Assembly: GCF_902713615.1 (NCBI RefSeq)
Contig: NC_052156.1
Coordinates: forward strand, 152,460,804 to 152,524,803
Reading direction: 5' to 3'
Source of the DNA: Scyliorhinus canicula
Lineage: Eukaryota
DNA length: 64,000 bases
In this document: positions 50,897 through 63,300 of the stretch, in pieces
Layout of the letters: the number at the start of each line of letters is the position of its first letter
How positions within the stretch are numbered: the first letter of the stretch is position 1
The notes under the pieces: generated by a model
Seen by the model: the letters and a program-made list of their open reading frames with translations, nothing else
What the model was told of the DNA's origin: nothing
The model's database searches: none
Program-made: the position numbers and the translations under genes

Positions 50897-51229
50897 ATGA
50901 TCTGTCCCACCAAGGATACCAAAGAAGTCGCCCAGATTGGCAGCCACTGCTGAGGCAGCCACCTGTGCATCATTCTAAAAAAATGAGAGGAACTGCACCT
51001 TCAAGGTGGCCAGGACAAATGGAGAGCTGGGGCCGGTAAATATGCTGCTTCTTTGAGTGATTTCAGTGTAAAGCCCAGCGCCATACAGGCCATTAGTGGC
51101 TTCACGATGAAAGGGGGTCTCCAGCAGTTCTATTGCAGCTAACTTGAACATCTGAAAGAGGAGCCACACTCACTTTAGAGAAACTGCTGCTGATTGACGA
51201 TGGATCAAATGGAGCAGTAGTCAAGAGGA

Positions 51230-51450
51230 TATTCAATGTGGTGCTGGAGGCATTAAAACAGGAGTTGCAAAGGAGAAGTGTCTCCGCGGTGGAGGGGGGG
51301 GGGGGGGGGGTGCATTGGGTGCAGAAGAGCCCAAGGCAGTCTCTGAGAAGGGAATCAGAACAAGTCAATTTCCTACATCTGGTTTCAAGGACCTGGCAAC
51401 ACTACTGTAAGAAGTTCAATAACCTGACATGGACAGTCAAGGTCAGTAAA
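51230..51450 (+). mobile_element. Harbinger-type Myb/SANT-like ORF remnant
   Basis: LEALKQELQRR..EQVN..VSRTWQHYCKKFNNL resembles the R(T/S)WxQCxKKFNDL signature. Confidence 0.55.
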
Positions 51451-51857
51451 AGTATCTTCATTGAACCTCTCTTACCTACCACACCATCAACCTCTCACAG
51501 TGCTCAATGCACCTCAACATCATTACTCACTTATCAGCAATCAGGATTCATACCTAACATCTGGACAGTCCACTTCACCCTCATACATCTTCCAATGATG
51601 CCAATCTAGCATCACCTCTTACTGCCTCCACATACCTCCGGCCATTTAGCTATTTCATGCACAACACCCAGAAACATTGCAGCAAGATCACTGACTTCCT
51701 TTCTAGTTGGTGGTAATTCCACTGGACTAATAATCCAGATGAGGGTTCAAACTCCATGCAGCTGTTAGGATTTAAATTCAATTAACAATCTGGAATTCAA
51801 AAGTTAGTGCCAGCAATGATGACCATGAAACTATTGTTGTAAAAACTGTTGGATCCA

Positions 51858-52207
51858 CAGAATCCCTACAGTGCAGAAGGAGCCATTTGGCCCATTCAGT
51901 CTTCACCATCTCTCAGAAAGAGCACTCTATCGAAGCCCACTCCCCCGCCCCATACCCAAAACCCCATGCATTGATCGTGGCTAATCCACCTAACCTGTAC
52001 ATCTTTGGACACTAAGGGGGAATTTAGCATGGCCAATTTACCTAACCTGCACATCTTTATACCGTGGGAGGAAACCGGAGCACCCGGAGTAAACCCGCGC
52101 AGACACAGGAAGAACATACAAACTTCAAACAGTCACCCAAGGGCAGAATCGAACCCGGGCCCCTGGCGTTGTGAGGCACCAGTGCTAACCAATGTGCCAC
52201 CATGCCA
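51858..52207 (-). mobile_element. HE1-like SINE with CR1-type tail (similar copies at 45170-45450 +, 63503-63850 -)
   Basis: Core plus tail ..atggcctccttctgcactgtag. Confidence 0.88.
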
Positions 52208-52216
52208 TAAGATGTG

Positions 52217-52475
52217 TGTAGTTCACTAGGTCTTGCAAAGTGGTTCTCGTCTTGTATGGTTTAACAGTAAGGTTTATTAACTACTCATAACTGCATGCAT
52301 TTATACAGTATAAGGTCTAATCTAGGAGCTGCCTACAAGCTTGCCTCTACACACGTCTCTGATCAGTAAAAGACTGCCCTCTAGACTCAGGTCATGCGTT
52401 CCTTTACATCACAATGTGGGGGTTACTGTACCCAGACCTACATTACCCCTTTCTGAACCAGACCCTTGCACTACA
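52217..52475 (-). mobile_element. Short solo LTR
   Basis: tgtagttca..tgcactaca inverted ends; AATAAA on the minus strand at ~52273. Confidence 0.55.
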
Positions 52476-53300
52476 AAAATCCATTTGGCTCACTAGTGTC
52501 TTTTTGGAAGGAAATCTGCTGTCCTTAACTTGGTCTGGTCAACATGTAATTCCAGACCCACAACAATGTGATTGACTCTTAACTGGTGGGACAACCTACT
52601 CAATTCAAGAGCAATCAGGGATGTGCAACAAATGATGGCCTCGTCAGTTGCACCCACATCCATGAAAGAATTAAATAACAGGAGGAAGCCAAACAGAACT
52701 GGAGGGTGACACGCACACCCCATCAGCTGAGCCCTCTGGGGGAATCTGCTCCACATCATAATGTTACAATGATGGAGGAAAATCCTGTATTATGTAATAA
52801 TAATAATAATCGCTTATTGTCACAAGCAGGCTTCAATGACACACATACTGAACTTTTAAATAAGACCTGCAGTTTTAAAAATGGTCCTACCGCAGTAGGA
52901 CCATTTTTAAAACTGCAGGTCTCTCTCTCTCTCGGATCTGTGCTGCGACCCCTCATCCCTGACGGAAGTAACTAAACAGGTGACGGTTCTCGAATCTAAA
53001 TTTGACTGTGAGTACATTTTTTTTGTGTAATTAGCAGCAGGTCAGGGACCTTGTTGATCTCGTTTTTCATCCGCATCAGATTTATACAGGCTGTCAATAA
53101 ATTTGGGTCCGGGACCCTTTGATTAAGTTTTGGGGTCAGGGACCCTCTCAGTAATTTTTTGGGGTCAGGGACCCTGTCAATAATGTTTTCGGGTCAGGGA
53201 CCCTGTCAGTAATTTTTGGGGTCAAGGACCCTCCAATTTGATTTGGTACCAGAAATTTTGTTTGAGCGTTTTTTTGCCTGGGGCACATTTTACTGACATT

Positions 53301-54046
53301 ATGCGACAAACTTTAGACAAAACTAGCGGCAACTCCCCTCTATTTTTCATGTGTTTAGAAACCCCTTCTCAAGAACGTAATATTCGAAGATTGGCTGCAG
53401 CGCTGCTTTAAACAATAAATTAGGTAACGATATCTGGCCAGTAGGTAACACAGGGATCTTGGAACTTTGACAATAGCATTGATTCAGAAAAAAAGCAATC
53501 TGGAAAAAAAATGCCGCTTTCAAATTGTTTAATTTTACAGTGGAAAACAAAACAGTCCACTTAACGCAACGAACAATCACTATTAATGAGTTGGAGAGAT
53601 AAAGCCCGCAAAAGAGATATTAATGAGTGTGTGAACGGTAAAGCGAAAAATTGGGAGACTTTAAAATTGTAATGTGAGCTTTGGGATAGAAAACAGTCAA
53701 AACACTAAAAAAGCAATTCGGCAATAAGAAACCTCCTCTCACCAGACAAATAGGGCTAGCTCATAAGATTATAGGAAAGGAGGATCCTCCCAGTTGCTCT
53801 GGCATGCCGATGTTCCCATATTCAAGCGATACGGAAGACAAGGAGAATTTGAACCCTGGACCCCACCCTCATTTTGCGCTCCCCGATCTTGCAATTCCAC
53901 TTTCCCAAGTCCTGACTCTCACTTCTGATCCCATTACCAATGAAACTCCTGCTAACGTATCCCCCGTAGCGACACGCACTCGGTCACAGACGCAAGCCGT
54001 AAATATCGAACAACCCTTCTCTACGGAAAACATGATAATTGACTAA
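53301..54046 (+). pseudogene. gag: ERV gag N-terminal remnant (matrix and proline-rich region)
   Basis: MRQTLDK..SPLFFMC (MGQ-like start), frameshifted IWPVG motif, SPVATRTRSQ; no capsid, nucleocapsid or protease follows. Confidence 0.6.
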
Positions 54047-54832
54047 AAGGTATTGATTAAAAGATCCACAATAAGGAAATTATAGAAGTGAAGTTAATAA
54101 GTTATCAATTTAGAAGCATGCTGGCAATAATGACTGGATTTTAACATTGTTTATGAACAAAATTTAGTACATCAGATGATGTTAACTGACTACTGCTTGG
54201 AATGTTGTACTGGCCTTACTATGATAACAAGTGGTTCTTCTGAAGGACAACAAAATGCGTACTTGAATTGTTTTTAAACTATTGGCAAAACATTCATATT
54301 TCCTCTTGCAAATGTTCCCAAGCTTCCCAAAATGTTCTCAAAGTTGTTCAGTTCACACTATATCAGTTTAAAAGAAAGTAACTTTACAAATAAGAGTAAC
54401 TGAAATATGAATATGTTTTTAGATTGCGTGAAAAGACGTAAATGGCATCATGCCAATTTCTTAGATTCTGCAGGAAACATTAACCATTTCAGCAGACAGT
54501 TGGTATTTTTTGAATTGACAAAGAAAAAATACTTCTCAAAGAATAGCTAATGCCTCTAAAATTAATCAGTGCAAATTGACTTAAATGGAATAACACAGAT
54601 AAAGTTTTCGAAGGAGAATGAAAAATGTTTGTTCAAAATTTGTCCACAAGGACAAGGGCTGAATCCAAGAGAGAGAAAGAGAGACAGAGGAAGAGATTGA
54701 AGGAGAGAGAGAGAGAGCCAGCGACAGAGACAGGAACTGTTAGAGATAGCGAAAGAGAGCGAGTCAGGGAGAGGCAGAGATGGAGAGGTAGTCAGATAAA
54801 GAGAAAGAGCAACAAGAGTTCCAAAGACAGAG

Positions 54833-57720
54833 TTGCGTCCCGAGGCTGAAGAAGGAGTCTCGGTCATGATTCAATCATTCCTTCAACAGGGAATTCTGAT
54901 ACCGTGCCAATCGCCCTGTAATACCCCGATTCTTCCAGTTCCTAAGATAGGAAGACCATCCGAATGCCGTTTAGTCCAAGACCTCCGGCTTATTAATCAG
55001 ATAGTTGAACCCTTACATCCTATTGTCCCAAATCCAGCGACAATCCTTAGCAATGTCCCACCGGAAGCGACTATTTTTACCCTTGTTGATTTGCAACATG
55101 CCTTTTTTGCGATACCCCTCGCCCCTGAATCACAGTATTTGTTTGCCTTTACATTTAAGAAGACGCAATACACTTGGACTCGTCTTCCACAGGGCTTCAT
55201 TCATTCTCCAACCCTTTTCTCACAGGCATTGCACTCCCAGTTAGCGACATTAGCACCTCCTGGTGGCTCCACCATCATTCAATATGTTGATGACTTACTC
55301 CTTGCCAGCCCTGATTTCATCGCTAACCAGCGTGACACCCTTTTACCTGCTCATCCGTCTCCATTTATGGGGATATGTGATCCCGCCCACTAAAGTTCAT
55401 AAAGGCCAACGACAAGTCAAATTTTTGGATGTCCTAATTAGTGCTACTGATCGCTCCCTTACTCAAGAACGCATTTCTCCTATATTGCAGACCCCATTTC
55501 CTACATCGCCCAAGCAGGTGCAAGCTTTTTTATGATTAGTGAACTTTTGCAGACAATGGATTCCGAATGTTACTGTACATGCTAAAGAATTAACTCCGTA
55601 CTCCTTTCAAAATGCTCCACTTAAGTTTGAACTACCTGATTCAGCAAAGCAATCTTTCATTACTCTGAAAAATGCCCTGGCTACCGCCCCAGCACACGAC
55701 CTATGTATGACAGACCTTTTCACCCAAATTCTTACTGCTGTCCATTTGTTAGTCCAGGCAGCCTCTAATCTAACCCTTCACCAGCAAGTACAAGTGCATA
55801 CTTCACACTCTATTGTGGCTCTTCTAACGTCTCAGCAAACCCAGCATCTGACTCAAGCGCGATTGAGCAGCTATGAGGTTTCACTATTGCAAAACCCCTA
55901 CCTCTCGTTTCATTATTGTTCAACCTTAAATCCTGCTGTGTTCCTCGAACAGCCCCCCGATAACCTTGAGGACCCACCACACGATTGTTTACTTCGGAAT
56001 CACTTCCTTTCCACACCTCGCCCGGATTTAACAGACAGGCCTAGTGATAATCCAGATCTAATTTTTTATGTTGATGGCAGTTCTTCCATTTCCTCATTTC
56101 CCTTCGCACAGTCGAAATATGCCGTGGTAACCGACACTGACGTGCAGGAAGCAGCGGCCTTCCAGACCCCTGTCTCTGCACAAAAAGCCGAGCTAGTCGC
56201 CCTTACTCAAGCATGTATTTTAGCCACAGATAAAAGTACTAATGTTTACACTGATTCTAGATATGCCTTTGGCATGACCCCATGATTTCGGCCGCCTCTG
56301 GCAACAGCGAGGTTTTCTCACCTCTGTGGGAACTCCCATTCAAAATGCTCTTTGGGTTAAAAATCTCCTCGATGCTATTCAGCTTCCCCGTCAATTGGCA
56401 GTTATTAAATGTGTTGCGCACACGAAGGGTGACACTCCTGTTCAATTAGGAAATGCCCGTGCTGATTCAGCTGCTAAAACTGCAGCTTCATCAACCTCTT
56501 TAATTGTTCCCAGTGGGGCTAATCAGGCTCTAAACCAGGTACCTGCATTACGGACGAAGGGCATGCCAGAGATAGCTGAAGTTCAAAATTTACAGAGGGA
56601 CGCCTCTGATTCTGAGCGAACACTATGGAAGTCAATGAGGTGTTCGCACTCCTTGACACGAGACCTCTGGCTGACTCCAGTTGGTCAAGTTTGTATTCCG
56701 AATTCTTTATTGCCGTTACTTGTTGATTATTTGCATTCTTGTACCCATCTTGGCAAGGAGGGAGTGGTACAGCTACTCCTAAAAACTTGGTGGCACCCAG
56801 ATTTTAATACAGCAGCACAAACGCGGCTGGATCGATGCGTCATTTGCATGAAACATAATAAGAGTAAAGGTATTAAAGGTCCTCCGGGAACCACCCCCTT
56901 GCCAGATGATCCTTTTGCTTGTATACAGCTTGATTTTATCGAATTGCCAAAAGCACAGTGCTATAAATATTGTTTAGTAATAATCGATGTGTTTAGTAAA
57001 TGGATTGAAGCATTCCCCACCACTAATTGTACGGCACATACAGTAGTGAAGTTGTTGTTAACGGAAGTCATTCCTTGTTTTACCCAAAATGGTGAGCTCA
57101 GACAATGGACCACATTTTGTAGCTCGGATCAATACTGAATTGTGCAAAGCCCTTGTAATTAAACAGCAACTGCACTGCGCGTATCACCCACAGGTAGCAG
57201 GAATTCTGGAAAGAGCCAACGGGACTTTAAAAGAAAAATTATCTAAATTAACTGAAGAAACTGGGTTAAATTGGCTAAAAGTATAACCCTTGGCACTGTT
57301 TCACATGCGAGTGACTCCCCATTCGCGGACCGGACTGTCAGCTGCAGAGATAGTCTATGGTCGGCCAATGAGGACTCCCTGGGATGCCCATGAAAAACCC
57401 CTAGAGGGAGTAGACCTCCATGTGATGGGGGAACAAATGCAGAACTATTTGAATCAATTAACACTTTCTTTGAAGTTTCTTCACTCACAGGTAAAACAGG
57501 TACATCTACCAGTAATGACAGGGACAGCCGTCCCTCGATATCCAGTGGTCAAACCCGGAGACCTCGTGTTGGTAGAAAAACTGGGACAGAAAGAAACTAG
57601 GACAACGCTGGAGCGGACCATTCCTCGTACTACTGACGACGCCAACTTCGGTCAAACTTGAAGGACGTTCAAGTTGGATACATCTATCCGATTGCAAGAA
57701 GATAGTCTCCAACCCAGACG
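54833..57720 (+). pseudogene. pol: ERV pol (RT, RNase H, integrase) with stops and frameshifts
   Basis: SPCNTPILPV, QDLR, VDLQHAFF, YTWTRLPQGFIHSP, QYVDD; FYVDGSS, SAQKAEL, YTDSRYAFG; H..H..CVIC, QLDFIEL, SDNG, ERANGTLK. Confidence 0.95.
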
Positions 57721-58873
57721 AGAACACAGGATCAAGATCTTCAGTATAATTTTTGGACTTTCTGGACTACTTAGCCTTAATGGCCACCCAGTAGTAAAAA
57801 AACGAACTAAACGAGACCTGCCTTCCAATACCTATTCACATATGTCATATCTTTACGCCGAAAAATTGAATATTAGCAAGTGTTGGGTTTGTACCCACAT
57901 CCCTGTCCATTCAAGGGAAGGAATACCTCTCCAATCTCTCCCCTTTCACACCACAGAAACAGTTGAATGGATTTTACGACAAAATCAAACAGGAATCAGG
58001 GGAGATAGGGGGAATATGAAAATATGGAGATCTGCTGGCTATGACATGACTAAATTTTCAGTTTCGTATCAACCTACCTATAATCATGCCTTAACTCCAC
58101 CCTCCCTCACTGTCCACTCGTATAATGTTCAAGGTTCCGTATGTTTTAATAAATCAGGGAAAGGAAAGTTAATGGGGCAAAGTAGGTGCAACCTACCAAT
58201 ATAATCCCCTGGATGACATCAGCTGATGATTTTACAGCCTACAATGGAACCTATTTCATATGCGGCACTAAAGCATATCCGTGGCTCCCCATTAATTGGA
58301 CAGGGTCCTGCTTTTTGGGATATGTCATACCCCAAATGCATCATCGACCCACCCTTAAGCACTCCCCCTCGCGAGCAAAAAGAACAATTTCTAAAACGGA
58401 ACTGGCAAGGCATGAACGAACTGATCTACATGGCCTCAGCATTGGAACATCTGGCAAACGTAACGGCAACAGAAGCCAGGGACACTAGACAGGCACTGGC
58501 CGAGGTCTCAGCTGAGCTAGTGGCTGTCCGGACCGTGGCATTACAAAATCGACTGGCTTTGGATTATCTGTTAGCCTCGCAGGGAGGAACGTGCGCTATC
58601 ATAGGCCAAGAGTGCTGTACTTACATTCCAGATGGCTCTGAAAATATCACTAACCTGGCCGACCATATTAAGAAACAGGCTGCTCAAATTCAAGAAATTG
58701 GCAGTGAATTTCACGACTATAACCCGCCGGGTTGGCTAGGGTGGTTGGGTCATGGATTATTTGACTGGATCTTTAAGGCCTTTATTCTACTTCTACTAAT
58801 GCTATTAGGGATAGGATTGCTTTCCTGCTTGTGTAAATGCATTTTCAAACGAATCATGGATGTACCTATTTAG
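57720..58873 (+). pseudogene. env: ERV env (gamma-type), frameshifted, fusion peptide deleted
   Basis: SU CWVC; RAKR at 58372-58383; ISD LQNRLALDYLLASQGGT; CX6CC (CAIIGQECC); TM helix. Confidence 0.93.
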
Positions 58874-58904
58874 CTAGTTGTCATGATATGACAAAAGGGG
58901 GGAG

Positions 58905-59475
58905 TGCGGTATTGTGTGAAGCAAATAATGGCATGATGGGAAAACTAGTCTAGTCTTCTTGGTACAATTGAATTTAACCTAAGGCACAGAATACACAGAG
59001 ACAGCCTGTCCATGGGAACCGGGTGACTCTGAGAGTCTAGATAAGGCTTGGAGCTAGAAGTAGTCTTAATACATAACAAGCTGAACAACTATTTCTTCCT
59101 GTTCCTAAACAACTTCGTCCCTTTCTTAAAACAAAGACAAGATAATGATATGAAACTCAAGTCCCCTGGAGGTCAGCAAGGTGCCGCCATTGTAACGATT
59201 ATTACTTATGTTTTACTTTTGATCAAATTCCTAACCGAGTTGTATTCATGTTATCTTGATCCTATAATGTATAAGAATCACCTTCTTTTCCTGTACTATC
59301 GCAGACTTGGGACGGACTCCGCAGTTTGTAATTGACTGCCTTCCGACTTTCCAAGTTTCTGCCATTTCTGCTAGCAGTTCTAATTAGTGAATAAAGTTCA
59401 GTTTTGCTTATCTAATGAATGCTGTTTGAATTTCTCTATCACAGTCAAGACGCGGGGAAAATATAAAATACAACA
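58905..59475 (+). repeat. ERV 3' LTR (571 bp)
   Basis: Follows PPT aaaaggggggag; imperfect inverted ends tgcggtatt/aatacaaca; TATA-like ~59263-59273; AATAAA 59390-59395. Confidence 0.85.
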
Positions 59476-59479
59476 CTAC

Positions 59480-60348
59480 AAGCCAAAGGTGGCTGAGGAT
59501 GCAAATTCAGTCACTGGCTGAATTGCTGGTGTGTGATGCTAAGAGAGGGACAATGGAATCACAACCTGTTTCCAAACATGGATACATCAAAAGCACAAAA
59601 GCCATACAGAATCTAAATACCATCTCCTGTGGAGATAATGGGAGCTGATCATCTACTCAGCAGAAATAATATCCTGTGAGCAATGTTCCAGACCAGTTTG
59701 TGAATGCTTGCAGTCCAGGAAAAGACAAAGACTGGGATAAAAGCCAGCTAGAAAACTTGGTCAGTGTTGACAAGTGCTGGCTGTGTCAGTATGTGACACA
59801 GGAGGATAGACACAACAGCCCCCATGCAAAAGATTTGCAGCTAACTCTCTGATTGCTGAAGCAAGCCAGTCAGCAAAGTCATAGCTGAAAAAGGAGAAAG
59901 GCAGCTTCACAACTAAACCACAGAACACTGGAATCTCGAAACCGACTAGTCAGCCCGATTGCAATCACAAATCTCAATGGCCACAACCATGTACGTCTCA
60001 AGACAAGTCAAAGGCATTAATTTTAAAAAACAATATTTACTTTTGGACTCAATTCTCATTTCTAATCTGTGTGAATGTATATGCACATGTGCTTTGTCAT
60101 TTTTCTCAAAATTAGTAGCTAATAAACTCACTCTATTTTTAACTCAAGACAGCCTGGTCACATTGACTCCTTTTAAAACATAAATATATTGGGCAGGAAA
60201 AAGGTATCTGCAAGGGAAGGTAATTTTCTTTAAATTAAGCTGGTTGCAACTGGCCAAAGAGATTGAATAAAGAAAGGAGCCAGTTCATCTTCCCCTCACC
60301 CGAGGCATAATAAATTTGGGGGAATCTCACCAAGGGACCAGTCGTAAC
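59480..60348 (+). mobile_element. Older LTR-like sequence right of the ERV
   Basis: AATAAA at 60121 and an LTR-end/PBS-like tcacccgaggcataataaatttggggg..gtcgtaaca; recognised by eye only. Confidence 0.4.
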
Positions 60349-63300
60349 AATGAAGATGGGTGTGACAGAGGTCATTGCATCTAATATCACAGAGAGCTTT
60401 CAGGACAATGGCATGTTTCTGCACAATGTCCCTTTAGAATTCCTACCTATTCACCCTCATTGTGTTCTCTGGCATGAAGTGAAAGCAGCATATGATGTGA
60501 ACATGGACTCTTGTTTTAGACCCACTCCCTTCCCTCACTCTAACCTTCCCCTTGCTTTCAGATACCCAAGCCTCCCATCTATAGCCAGTCACTGTAACCT
60601 TGTAAGAAAAACTGAGAGCTGATACGGATCTCAAAGGTAGAAGCACCATAATTTGATCTGAAAATCTCAGCCAACAGCTCAGATATTGGTACTGTTCATG
60701 GGGTAACATAGAGTCGGAATCTGTACATGCGGAGTCACTTGGCACTGGTGGGCTGTATCCAGGCCCGAGAGCGAGAACACTTCACACAATCATGGAGTTA
60801 TGAGAGAAGGAGACCATTCGGCTCATTAAATCCATGCTGGCTCTCTGTAGGGTAATCAATCAATCCCATTCCCCTGCTCTATTCCTGTAGTCCCTCAAGT
60901 TCATTTCTCTCAAATGTCATCCCAGTTTAATTGGGAAATGATCCATCATTTCCACATCCACAAGCCTCATCGGCAACAAGTTCTAGATCTTCGAATGGAA
61001 TTCTGTTTTTAAAAGGAGAGACCCAGGGATTGGGGGGGGGGGGTTGCCTTGGGTTGGGGGATGCGGATGGGAGGTTTGCATACCCCAATTTGGGATGGTG
61101 GCAGGACAAGATGGTAGGGATGTTAATGATTTTTACGTGGTCATTTGTGTTTAAACTTAGGTTTGTATGCCCCTTCCCTGGAGGGGCAGGTTACAGACAG
61201 GAAAACTCAGTTTCAGGGAACTCAGGTGAGGCCCTCCAAGGGGTGGCATATAGGAGGATACGGATGCCAATGCTTGGGCATTAGCAGGTCTGTCAGATGG
61301 GCCTGTTGTCCCTGTCAATGAGCATGGATGTGTCCAACTCCCAACTTGCCAAAGGGATTTGCATGGAGCATGGAGCCCATCCTTTCTGCAATGGTGGCCA
61401 ACTCCATGACAACACTTGCGAACCCATTTGTGATGCAGCATCCAATGGCTGAGATCTTAGTTTCCAATGCAGCGTAGGTGGCAAACCGCCCAATATCTTA
61501 ATGCTGTGGTGGAAGCTCAGACTGACATCAGGAAATCCATTCTCGTTGTCACGGAAGCTCAGACTGCTGATCTCATGACTGAAGATGGGCCACTGTGTTC
61601 AAAACGTTTTGCAAACTCTCATTGCAACACAGCAACCAGTCTTTCAACAGATTATTAGGCTTTTTGGTGCACTATCCCTGGGGAATGACATTGACTCCAT
61701 GGAACAGGAACCTGCTGGTTCTTCCTCAGGATGAAAGCGTTTGTAACACTGCTAATCTGTAAGTCATCAAAACTCTTCTAAAAAGACACCACAGTCCTTC
61801 CACAAAATGAAGTGAAAACCATCTCACCTGGAAGTTGGATGTCTAGCCGTTTAGGTAATGCCAGTCAGGGAGTGGGTCCCTTCAGCAGCTGACTGGATAC
61901 GACTTGGGTTTACTAGTCGAACATCATCTAAATTCGCAGAACATGCATCAAATCAGCTGAAAATGTTCCGGCACATGCCCATACCAATGGTCTGTCAGTC
62001 AGGGTATACCATGTGGGCGGCACCAGGGTGGCTGGAAGAGTTGAGGCCACCGTTTTCCCTCTTTGGAGCTTCCGTAAATACCATCGCCAGCAGCAAATCG
62101 GAGCCCGATTTCACAGCCTGAAACCTGGGCTGGAGGCGAGTGGAAGTTTGATAGAGGTAGAGACAGAGTAGAGATGAGAGAACCATTGGGTGACAGGTCT
62201 TTAACTTGCATCCTGGTTTGCGAGTAGGCCAGGGTTTGATGGGGAGGCGCGGATGTCACCAAGTTGGCCTCAGTTATGGTCAGTGCGTGATCTTCAGCCA
62301 CCAGAGAGATCAAAACTAACTGAAAAGGTTCCAAATCCTCAAAGCAAAATGAGATGTAATGACATGTCCTTGTAAAAATGTGTTATCAGCCTGAAGCCCT
62401 GTGAATCTCAGGGATGCAGAGAGAACTCATGGAGTAATGGTCCATCTGACCAGGTGATGAGGCTTTACCAATTCCCACCAGTGACTGGCAGGAACTGGAG
62501 GTGGGTTGGATTCTGTTTGTTATACTGTGGGAATGAGGCAGCAGGGAGGCAAAGACACAAGGAAAACGTGGCTAATTTACTTTAGGCAATAATTAATAAA
62601 GGCACTTTTACTAAGATTATTGTGGATAAGAAATCTTTATAAACGGTCAGTGAAATGCAGCTCTTTCAGCTAACACGTTTCCTGTTGAAAATGAGGGTCC
62701 TGTTGCTCCTCAGTGCCTTTCTGGTGGCTGTTAACAGCCAGACGACATTCATTGGGTGAGTAAATGTCCTTTTCCCTTTTTGTGTGGATTGTGGGAATCC
62801 AATCAAAAGGTGCAGTCAGAATGACAGCTTGGAAATGTCGCACCATGAGGGCCATTTGGGAGGTTGGGGTTTCACCCTCTGTGAAGCCAGGCTCATTGAA
62901 CCAAGAACTGGAATTTTTCAAAAAGGTAAGTAATCCCATAGCTGGGACTAAATGCGGGACCCGACCCCATGCATTGGGCAATGGGATGCTGGGTGGCAGG
63001 TTACTGGTGGCAGCTGATTAAGCTGCTGTTGCCGGATCTCTGTCGCCTGTCAGAGGTGCTGGCCCAATCACAGGGTCAGCAGCGCGGCAGCTCAGCAGTG
63101 CCCCCAATAGAGGTGGTCACCTCCGAGGCTGCAAGGAGAAGAGAGCACCTCCATGCTGTGGGAGGTGGGGAAGTGGGCGATAATTGCCCAAATTAATTGG
63201 TTTAATTGGACACCCGCCTCCCCTGCTGAGGTTCTCAACACTGGTGATATCCCATAATATCCCGTGGCGGCAGGAAGGCGTTGGCATCCTTACCTCCCAG

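Larger units (their letters stand above)
52925..59475 (+). mobile_element. Defective class I (epsilon-like) endogenous retrovirus lacking its 5' LTR
   Basis: Leader, gag remnant, RT-RNaseH-IN order, gamma-type env, PPT, 3' LTR. Confidence 0.93.

Noticed and set aside
50182-51039. Overlapping 120-220-aa ORFs on both strands (also 25519-26194)
   Set aside because: They come from stop-poor GC-rich MITE sequence and have no protein motifs.
23206-51310. Long poly-G tracts (23206, 24679, 34960, 44970, 45746, 51294) as G-quadruplex regulators
   Set aside because: Mostly inside repeats, homopolymer lengths are unreliable, and there is no positional pattern.
52217-52475. Candidate 5' LTR of the ERV
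   Set aside because: No similarity to the 3' LTR (58905-59475), opposite orientation, and no PBS after it.
54625-54849. Arg/Glu-rich ORF as a possible viral accessory (Rev/Rex-like) protein
   Set aside because: The composition is explained by a GA-rich low-complexity tract.
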